A DNA stretch of 62,987 bases, counting the filler, from Lenisia limosa (taxonomy: Eukaryota; Protista; Breviatea), in NCBI GenBank assembly GCA_001655205.1. It is 9 parts of 9 records of this genome, joined end to end, with 100 filler letters (N's around TTAATTAATTAA, not from the genome) between each part and the next. Parts side by side here need not be neighbours in the genome. Positions count along the whole stretch, not along the records: positions 47,064 to 61,313 come from LPNZ01000973.1; positions 61,414 to 62,987 come from LPNZ01003054.1; 7 more parts are not named here. One strand, given 5' to 3'. Within the stretch, counting starts at the first letter, position 1; each line of letters begins with the position of its first letter. Made by a program: the position numbers and the translations under genes. The notes beneath the pieces are model-generated. The model ran no database searches. It saw only the letters and a list, made by a program, of their open reading frames with translations, and was not told the origin of the DNA. Of this stretch, positions 53,400 through 62,987 are shown one piece after another.

Positions 53400-55960
53400 A
53401 ATTAAACAGAAGATGCTATCTCACTTTTCTCTAAAAGATATTAGTGATACTACCAAAAGTATCATATCAGGCAATAAGTACAGAGCATCTGAGTCAACAA
53501 TTCAGACCTTTCCTTGTTTTGGAGGACTCAATGGTCCAGAAGGAACATCCGTTATCGAAAGCGTTGTCCGATTTCGTCTAAGTAATATTATCATATCAGA
53601 CTGATTCTACACACTGTTTGGGATTTGGTAATCATGAATATATCCCCCCCCCCCACGAATTTGTCAAGGTCGAAGCTGGTCGCTGTTCCATTCTCAGCTC
53701 AAACTCCGCATTTCCAAGGGGCTTTCGTCCCTAAACTATAAAAAGAATCAAACAACCATGGAAAAATCCAAATAATGACTGTTGACAAGAAATACATTCG
53801 TCCTGAATTCTCTATATCCAGAAGGGAGGATCTGGCCGAAGCCACTGCTTATAAGAGATATTACACGGCTTCGCCCAGATACTACTACTACCTTGATTTA
53901 TTTTCTATTTCCAAATTACATTATTTACTATAATAGCATAGCAGAGATGAGAAAAAAAAACAATGTTGTATCTGGCCGAAGCCGTCCGTATCACGCTTAT
54001 AAGAGANNNNNNNNNNTGGCCGGAGCCATGCACATCATCACTCTTATATCGATATAGTGTGTGATTCACCATATTACTGATAGTATTAAACAGCAATAAT
54101 ATTACGTAAGCTGGGGTGTTATAATTTTACGTATGCTGGGGTGTTATAATATTACGTATGCTGGGGTGTTATAATATTACGTATGCTGGGGTGTTATAAT
54201 ATTACGATAGTGAAAACGAACCTGTCGGTGAGCAGTCAGGTCTAACGCGGGTTCTCCCATCATCTCACCAATTTCTCTCTCAGACCGGGCCTATTGAATT
54301 AGAGCTAAACACAGCTAAAGGAATAATGCAATATCATGCCTTGAAAAAACTTCATTTATAGAAGTTAGATACTCGGGCTTTTTGACAACAACGAGTATTC
54401 ACAAAATGAAAAGTTAATATGTCAACAGCACTCAATACAAAATTAATACATCAGAGAAAACCTCCAAAGAGACTAACCTTATATTCATCCTTCTTGAAAG
54501 GGTTCACAATATTTCTCTGGTTATAACGCAAAGATTTGCGATTCGGTTCCAAGGGGTCATATTCGGCTTTATCGATGATGTTCAGGAATACAGGCTGAAA
54601 GTATCAGGTATTTTATTAATGTAGTGGCAAAATCATATCATCTAATATAATGTATAATTCACTCCAATTGCAAGTTAGCAAAAATTTGAACTATTTATCT
54701 TAAGCAATTTAAAAAATAGTTATTATTGAACAGCACGAATTGACTGACGGTTCGCAATCAAACAAGACGAAATGTTCTTATTCTCTTTGTATCTAATTAT
54801 ATTGAGAATTGTAGAAATAAGCACATTATCATCATATGATATTATACACATTGAATGATCTCTTAAATATTGAAGTTGGACTGCTCAGTCGGACTGTTCA
54901 GTCGTACCCTAGATAATCCAGAATATCCAGAATATTTCATCCAAATTAATTACACTGGCTTGCAGTATTGGTTCATCACGATGATTTTGTTTATTATTAT
55001 TACTCAAAGCATAAAAGAGGCGTGCAACCATCTTGTATATCGTCATGACTAAATAAAAGAGCATTGATCGTTATATTCCAAACTTGTATTTTGAACAAAT
55101 AATAATAAAAAAAAAAAATATCAAAATTGGTGATTCAGTTCAGCTTTCTGATACCCCAGTTATCAGTTTTCCTGTTGTGAACTGACTGACCACCAGTCAC
55201 AAAACAAACTCACTTAGTACATCAAATTTAGGAATTTTGTTACTTTTCTGAAGCAAAACTCATGTAGCTATTTTGAACTTCGAACATACTATACAACAGA
55301 GTTTCGTACTACGAGATGGAATATTACAAAAAATAATTGGCAGAAGTTGCACGCACCTTGGTATTTGACACGCTCAAGAACTTGCTATAGGCCTCATTTC
55401 GGGTAGCAACTGCTTTCTTGTACTCCTCTCCATTTACTTTCGCACTCACCTCTCCCTAAACAGTCACCTCCCAAATAGACAACACATAGTGTATACGTAT
55501 TTGTCAGGACAATTACTGGGTAAAATAGTAAACCATAGTCAATACCAATGTGGAATTCCCCAGCCCGATAATTATTTGGAAAGAACAGCCATCAAACTTG
55601 AATCTTGTTAAAGACCTTTTCGTTCCACTGTTTTTGTTGCTGTTGTTTCCTTCGATGTTCCAGCTTTTCGATTCTGCGCGTAAGTGATTTAAAATTAGCA
55701 GTATACAACACAAAGCTCTCGATTAATTGAACACACAAAGACATCGATAAACAATATCAGAATTGTCACAAATAGTCGTTTCATATGAACAAGTAAGCAA
55801 CTCCCCAAAAACAAACCTTCCAAGATACTCCGATACTTCAGACACAACTTCCTCCCTTTCCTCTTCTAACTGTCGATATTGCATTTCAGTTTCACGGTTC
55901 TTTCGGGCGAGGGACTGCAAACGCTTCTACAGGGGTTAGTAGAGTATATCGCAACTGGTG
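53400..55960 (-). CDS. FAM228-like coiled-coil protein, multi-exon
   Basis: Exons QLEEEREEVVSEVSEYL, RIEKLEHRRKQQQQKQWNEKVFNKIQ, EAYSKFLSVSNTK and VFLNIIDKAEYDPLEP resemble FAM228 motifs (from memory). Confidence 0.5.
54096..54206. repeat. 4 x 25-bp minisatellite
   Basis: Unit ataatattacgtatgctggggtgtt. Confidence 0.95.
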
Positions 55961-56269
55961 ACCAGAACTGGAAACGGACACCAGTATGTCATACCTCTGA
56001 AGTAATATAGTGATTATTCAAACTCACTTTAGAGCAAGTTTATTAAGGTAGAGGAGGTAATAATGCATGTTGTAAATGAGTGGTTAATTCATAATCATTA
56101 TAATCCTTTGGCCTGGTACTAATAATCAAGGTGTACTCGGTGATAAAAGCAGTCTAAGTCATGTTTTGAGTGTCAGTTTAGTACATCCCATACTGAAACA
56201 ACCAATACATCACATACTGAAACAACCAGCGTAGAACAGCATGCCATTTATATATTTAGGATATCAGGT

Positions 56270-57171
56270 TTCGCTTCTGGAATTCTCCCTTACTTCAGCT
56301 TCGAACTCAAAAGAGGCCATTTTCTCCCGATGCACTTGCGCTATTTTGGCTTGATGACGATCACTCACTCTTGTGTCGACTATCGAGTAAGTCAAACTTC
56401 AATCACAAGACGAAACGTTCCAACCACAGTTCTATATATAGAATGCTCCTAGCTTCAACAAAGAACTACATCTGGGCTTACCAGTGGGTTCAGACGGCAG
56501 GTTTTGTCGCCTCGTTGTTGGTGTCGGCTGTAATGTTAGGCCTCGTAAAGGGAATGGAAAAATGTATGAAACAAAAACAAGCCCCCAAAATCAACTCTGT
56601 TAGCTTAAAATTACGGCACTGATGCATAAGCATGATACCGAACAGAAAGTCTCTTATCACTTCCAAGAAAGACCTGTAGAACGTCCTCCATTCAATCTGG
56701 TTAAAGCCTACTGAAATGTTTGGCAAGACTGGTATTGAGCTTGTAGCGTCTGCACCATCATCTACCAGCATCTTCCACAGCTCTGGTCTTCCAACTTTGA
56801 TTTCACTCTTATTTTCGTCTTCATAATGCCAGTTATCGAGTCCTCCATTCTCGCTAAAATAATAAGACAGTGAGGACTGGGCGAAACCTACCCTCCAGTG
56901 AAAGGAAGATCTTTATTGTTTTTCCCTCCACCATGCCGTGCTTTTGCAGCGATGGCAGGCCGACAAGGGGCTCTCTCGAAGGCCGTGCGAGATAAGTGGG
57001 AGTTGTTTTCCCTCATTATGTAGCTTCAATTTAATCGTTATAAAATTATTAGGTAGGAATAAGCAGAAAAAGGCTTGTTTTCGAAAAAATGTGGTTATTG
57101 ATAAATGGATACGGTGGCGCCTCCATAGAAAGTGCGCGAAAAATGCTCAGACCCTCTCTCTTCTCCGCCAT
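56270..57171 (-). CDS. Hypothetical protein (separate gene or 5' part of the FAM228-like gene)
   Basis: ATG at 57171 (MAEKREGLSIFRALSMEAPPYPFINN); further exons ENGGLDNWHYEDENKSEIKVGRPELWKML and PTPTTRRQNLPSEPT. Confidence 0.4.
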
Positions 57172-57282
57172 TAGCTAATATTTACGACGCTGTATACTGT
57201 AACATTAATATAAAGAAGAGTAGACGGATTATGGCTTTTCCATGAATAAAACTGTTCATTTTTCCTCTACTTACTTGGAACC

Positions 57283-60200
57283 ATGGCACCCGCAGGCGCA
57301 TCAGCTGCAGAGTCCAAGAGTCTTTGGAATTACACTGAAGCCCCGTATGTGGGAATTGTTTTTTGTGTGTACATGCCCCACTTTTCTCGAGCTCTCTGTA
57401 TCGCAACCAATGTTGATCTCACGGTCCAGGGGATGGAAAACCATCGAGCTGGTTATTCTTCGACTATGGATTATGAAGCGAGGCTGGGGTAACTGGAGCA
57501 GTTTACTCAAAGAAGGGTTTGCTTGGGTTACTTTCGGATTGAGCTTTCGTGTAACTCTAACTGACCCCCCCTTTCCCTAGGCTTCTTCCTGGCAAAACGA
57601 ACAGTCAACTCGTTCTTCAGAGTCAACGGCTTGTTGGACAGCAGAGTACTGCAGGTTTGTTATGCACATTATGGAATAGGTTTTGGGAGGCACTCAGAAA
57701 ACTATTGGGAGATTGGGAGTATTAGCATGATAGTGTGGACGGCTTTGGCGAGATACTGCCGTGTTTTATTCCGCAAATTTCACGATAGAATCCGGTAAAT
57801 TTCGATATTCAATGCGACTCCCTATTTTTATGGTGACAAGTTTTGATATTTTAGAATTTGTTGGTCTGTTCATAGACCCTCTGGAGGTTCAGAGAGAGAA
57901 TAGACTAAAAGAAGGATTCGAACGAAAAAACAACCTCATCATTAACACTGAAGATAAGCCAGGGATTCTTGCTGGTGTGGGGTTCATATATGTTACTGAA
58001 GGCTTTACAAACTTGTTTTTCACTTTTCCATGATATTTTTTTGTTTTCAAATTTTCTCACCTTTGCACCCAATCCCACTAAAGAAGCCATTGACGCTCTC
58101 CGCAAAATAAACTCCGAGAAGTATTCTCTAAAGCAAGTAGGTTTTTGGTAGCAAGAAAATACAGTAAATATAAACTAGGGATACAAAATAGCACATTGGG
58201 ATACCTTAAGGTTACCATTAAGTTTGATTCTTTGTTGGAAGTGTTCATAAAGGGATGTACAGGGCATTGTAAACATAGTTTTACTTCCCAAGGATGTTAT
58301 TGACTCTCTTCCTGATCCCTCAACTGTGGCACGGAAGTATTTTTCTCTGAATCAAGTAAGCTAATTACTTGCAAGGAAGATGGGCAATAATTATTGTTTT
58401 GAGTTTTATTGATAGTTTCAAACATATTTGAGTTTTCGTTTTGTTTTGACAGTATTTAGAAGGAAGCACCTGTTAGTCCTCTGAGAGACGAAAAGGGTTC
58501 TTTTAATCATTTGACCCAAGCACAGAAGAAGATCAGATTGGAGGTTTGTTTTTATTTGGAAAAAATACCCCTTTCCAGCAAATTTATATTGACAACAAAA
58601 TATTTCTCAAACTAATTGAATCCTTATTTTTATTCTTAATATTATCAGGTTTTGAACTATCTTCTTGATCAAATTGATGATGAGCTTCATTATAAGGCAA
58701 CTGGACAGTAAGTTGGGTTCAACTGGCTTGCAATTAACAGACGGAAATTAACCACACAGGAGAATCGATGTCGACAGACCAGCCATCGTGGAATGCCCTA
58801 TCGTTAACCCCCTTCCCTCATTGGCACTGGCAAGCCTAATGGCTCCGCCATTAACAATGGCTTCGCCTGAGACCAGTTTCATTCCATCTCCGGTGTCGAT
58901 ACCATCCCCACCCCTCTCCATCCCATCCCCTTCATCATCAGTCCTCTCAAAAGAGGCGGTGGAGTCCATACCCACGTCCTCGCCGCCATCTTCCATCACA
59001 TTTAAACAGTCCCCGTTATCATCGCAGTCGTCATCATCTTTCAAGCCTTCCCCTACCACTTTGCCACTTTCCCTCAAGGAGACTCCTCAAGCAGGCCCCG
59101 TAAGCTCCCAATCATCCCTCGCCCCTTCACCCACAACTAAACAACTTCTCCCCGAACCATCAGAAGAAGAGACGCCTTCAGAAGATCTTCCTGAAAACAC
59201 GCCCATTTCACTGGATACGATTTTGCCCGAGTCTCAGCACCCCATTCTGGAAAGAGAGAATAAAAACCCATCACCCATATCACCCAGTTCCCGCATACCT
59301 CAGATCATGATGTCATCGCCAAAAGCATTCTCAACCTCACCGCACCCTGCTCCCCCTCTCAATTCACCCGTCTTTTCCAGCACGCTCCCTCCTCCACCGC
59401 CTATCAACATGTCCTCTTTTCTATCCCAGGACGGATTTCAACTCGGATCCCTCCAGCCCGAAATGTTCTCAAACGAGATTTCCACTTCCGTTCCAAACTT
59501 GCCTCCCATGTCCCCCTTTGTTGACTCCATCTTCAACTCATCATTGTCCAATACCCATGACATCTCCCCGCTGCAGCCCAATATCCCATCCCTGTTTCCA
59601 GACATCCCCAACATCATCCCTAACATGGACGATGCCTTTGATAACAGCGCACAACTGATTGATAAAAACCGCCCACTTCACCCCGCCCTTCATATAACCC
59701 CTCTCCGAGCCTCACCAATCGTACCTGATATGGTAGCTCCAAAGAAAACTCATTCCAACTTGCCTACCCCGGGTCCCAAAAGGTCAAAGCCGTTTCCACC
59801 CATCGCCAGTTCTCATTCCCGCTCCACAAGTGAGCCGTTCCCCTCCCTTCCTCCAACACCACCGCGCACCTCAGCTCGCCTCCAAGCGAAGTCGAAACCG
59901 TCGGCACCTCCTTCACTTCCTTCAATGTCTCCAGTCCCATTCATCCCATCCACTCCATCAGTGACATCTGAGTCATCACAAATTCCTTCAGCTGTAATCT
60001 CACCCTCAGTGCCTCCTTTCCCTTCTTCCCCTTCTGAAGTTGCGCCTCGGACAGCTGAAGAACTCAGCCATGAAGCCCGAAGCAGCATCGATGAAGAAAG
60101 CCCGGTTCCAAGCCTTCAAGAAGACGTTTTAACTCCTGAGCAAGACAAGCCAAACAACTCTGAGCCCGCTGCCGCTTTCGATGCCACCCCGATTCCATCA

Positions 60201-61226
60201 CAGTCATCACAGGAGTCTGTTTTTGCAGATGAGGAGTGCTTCCCATACTTCAACGAGAAAACCGGATCCATAGAATACGCCACCCCGGCCGCTATTGCTG
60301 CCATGATGCAGTCGCCTTATGATGACTATGGAAACGGGAACGAATCTGACCCCTACGATTATGGAGAAGAGTATATTGATGATGACTATGTAGCCAAGCC
60401 GAAGAAAGTCAAGAAGGCCAAAGCTCCTAAGGTTCCCAAACCTCCAAAGATTCCTAAAGCCCCCAAAGCCCCTAAGCCTCCGAAAGTCCCTAAGGTTAAA
60501 ACTCCGAAAACTCCGAAAGCACCGAAAACGCCGAAAAAGGTCCCATCTCCACAGAAACCCACAGTCAAGCCTGATGAGCCACAAATCCAGTTGAACCCAG
60601 GTAAGAGCCAAGATAAGGTTGCTTTCGGTCAATATCGAGTATCTATCTTTTTTTTTGGACAACATTTGCTCTTGCAACCAGTTGTGGTTTATTACAGGCT
60701 GGATTTGCTGGCATATCCCAAACATGTTATCTGAACTGTAAAGATATAGTCCATTCTATTTCACCACATTCCTTTATCCAAATAGGTGTGACAGATAATT
60801 CGTTTTTCTCTGAAATCGAGTCAATGATTTCTGCAGCAAAAGGAGGGTAGTCTTGTATTTTGTATTTTAAGGTCAAAATGTGTAGTAGTATTTGTATTGA
60901 GTATATGTATATTTCATGAGGGTAATGTGTGGCCTTTCTCATTGCAATAATCTAGTCCAAAGCTAAGAAAGAAATAAATAAACTCCTTGACCATAGCTTT
61001 ACTTCGGCTGGAAGAATTTGACACCAGTTTCGTCTGTTTCCTTGCCAGTAAAGATTTGGCATCTTCCTGACTTCTCAAGAGCCTTCAATGCCCTCAGCAT
61101 CACCTCCGGCTCCATACCATAAAATTCTATTATGTTAGCAAGCGAGCTACTGACGGTATGATGTCTAAGGACAAAGAGAACATTGATGTTATTGTACTCA
61201 TTTATACTTCAAGAAATACATCTTGA
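57283..61226 (+). CDS. Homologue of p1, HTH/homeobox-like accessory subunit of the MTA1c (AMT1) N6-adenine DNA methyltransferase, with a long disordered extension
   Basis: Exons 57283-57344, 57430-57516, 57581-57654, 57855-57953 and 58069-58136 give ESKSLWNYTEAPGWKTIELVILRLWIMKRGWGNWSSLLKEGLLPGKTNSQLVLQSQRLVGQQSTAEFVGLFIDPLEVQRENRLKEGFERKNNLIINTEANPTKEAIDALRKINSEKYSL. This is collinear with Tetrahymena p1 as I recall it (SKSLWNYTLSPGW..FGIGKW..LPGK..QTQRLLGQQSLGDFMGLQID..RKNNCIINTGDNPTKEE). It splices in phase into the long 58760-60600 exon. Exons after 60600 uncertain. Confidence 0.85.
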
Positions 61227-61487
61227 GATTTTATAGTAAGTAGAATATATAATGAATCGCTACCCCCACCTCCCATCCCACACCAAAAAAATATTATACC
61301 CATAATAACTCCANNNNNNNNNNNNNNNNNNNNNNNNNNNNNNNNNNNNNNNNNNNNTTAATTAATTAANNNNNNNNNNNNNNNNNNNNNNNNNNNNNNN
61401 NNNNNNNNNNNNNATCATTTGCCTTACAACTCTGTGCACACAGCTTTCTGCGTGCCTCGCCAGCATACCATAGTATTATATAATATC

Positions 61488-61575
61488 TGGGGCTTCACGT
61501 TGGTTCAAAAAAAGACTTCATTTCTCGATATATCCTCGAAAACGATCGTCTTTTTCGAACCAAAGTGTAGCTCTA
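61488..61575. mobile_element. hAT-type MITE copy
   Basis: Degenerate TIRs; TSD ataatatc/ataatacc (7/8). Confidence 0.82.
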
Positions 61576-61589
61576 ATAATACCCCCACT

Positions 61590-62927
61590 TGATAAACTGG
61601 TCGTGTAAGGGTGATGATGGTTCTGCAGATGTCTTCGAGGGAAACTCCCTCCAAACGCTTATCTAAAAACAGTCACTTCGCATATCATCATATCAAATCA
61701 TTTGTCGAATTTATTTTACAAGAGACGTTTCAAAAATTGTTTTGAAATATATTTCTTCTATCATTATTATATTTGATATAGTGATTGAATCATCATATCA
61801 AATTGTTCATATCATAATTTTAAAACAGTCACTTCTCGTCCGAATTTTCCAAAATTTTAGTTTCTCAAAGTAAGATGTTCTCCTGTCTGACAAAAAAATT
61901 AAGGACGCTGATACCTAAATTATGGGCTATTTGAGTCCCTGAAAAGAGGTCCAATTATAACTTAAAGGTAGTTTAGTCCGTTTTTTTGATTTTGGTAAGT
62001 AATTAAATGAGCCTTTGCATTATTTTCAGCGAAGCACAACAATCACATACTATCACCACCATCCCCACGCCCCAACCTGGAGCACTGTCACTCTGTGTGA
62101 AGCCGCAGAGCTTCATAAGGCTTGGCGAAAGAGGCAAATTGCTTGCCTGGAAATGTGAATTAAACGATAAAGTAAATAGAGGGGGAGAGGGTAACACAGT
62201 GGGAGGTGAGGAAGGTGCGGGTTGAATAAAATCGCTCTCCTCTCTCTATCCTTCTATCTTTGTTTTTTTTTTCCTTTTCTCTCTCTCTCTCTCTCTCTGT
62301 GGGTGTGGTGTGTATGTGATCTTTATGATCCCGTACCACGTCCACTAATATGAGTTTTGTGTACATCTGTTTCTTCAACCCCCTTCCCCCACATTGATAT
62401 AAGGCTCGGCCCGGGTCCGCCAGAGGTATAGCGCCGCATCCGTCCACAAGGCCTCCAGCAGAAGGGCCACTTTATCTCGAGATCCCAGGACGGAAGAGAG
62501 GGCTTCTGGGGGGGGGGGGTAAAACTGGCTCTTAATAAAACGTCTGTAGTTGCATTTTTTTTATTTTGNNNNNNNNNNNNNNNNNNNNNNNNNNNNNNNN
62601 NNNNNNNNNNNNNNNNNNNNNNNNNNNNNNNNNNNNNNNNNNNNNNNNNNNNNNNNNNNNNNNNNNNNNNNNNNNNNNNNNNNNNNNNNNNNNNNNNNNN
62701 NNGAGCTGTGGGGAGTTTTATTGTTTAAAAAAAAACACTCAGAATCTGTTGGCTAGCACTGTGAAACAATCAAGGATTAAAACATAAAAAACAAAAATAA
62801 TCATAATAATAATTAAAAAACAAAAACAAAGCCCAGGTCTTCTACAACACTGCATCCCATCACCCCCTCTTACTGCTACGAATATTTCGGATTCTGCTAC
62901 GAACACATCGTGCTCTTCTGAGGGATC
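61590..62927 (-). CDS. Hypothetical protein fragment, multi-exon
   Basis: Exons DPSEEHDVFVAESEIFVA, EALSSVLGSRDKVALLLEALWTDAALYLWRTRAEPYIN and DKRLEGVSLEDICRTIITLTRPVYQ, with GT-AG boundaries. Confidence 0.5.
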
Positions 62928-62987
62928 CTGAGGAGGGGAGGGGGGTAAGAAAATTTATGAAACAAAGTGCCCAAAATCAACTCTGTT

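Noticed and set aside
58748-60725. Antisense ORFs opposite the long p1 exon (58748-59077, 59813-60088, 60207-60725)
   Set aside because: They are shadows of a low-complexity sense ORF.

Overview
Eukaryotic draft-genome sequence from an AT-rich, very intron-dense protist. It is not one locus: nine contigs are joined by eight 100-bp artificial spacers (44 N + TTAATTAATTAA + 44 N), so the ORF track misses most genes; I rebuilt them by hand across GT-AG introns. Recognisable genes: a RING-H2 E3 ligase, PDK/BCKDK kinase, an RCC1-repeat protein, a USP53/USP54-like deubiquitinase, a secreted LamG-like protein, an UNC-13/BAIAP3-like C2-MUN protein, FANCI, an ACAP-type PH-ArfGAP-ANK protein, an LtrA-family membrane protein, PRP19, WBP11, an RFX transcription factor and a FAM228-like protein. 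The most striking gene is a homologue of p1, the HTH accessory subunit of the ciliate MTA1c/AMT1 N6-adenine DNA methyltransferase. It is fused to a long disordered region with a histone-H1-like PKxPK tail, and restoring its conserved register appears to require a non-canonical AT-AC intron. Introns carry several short repeat families: hAT-type MITEs with 8-bp TSDs, a foldback element, a ~170-bp dispersed repeat, and an introner-like family supplying 3' splice sites. RFX, UNC-13-like and p1 together suggest a non-animal amorphean (Amoebozoa/Obazoa); that placement is inference only. Family assignments rest on remembered motifs, not database searches.
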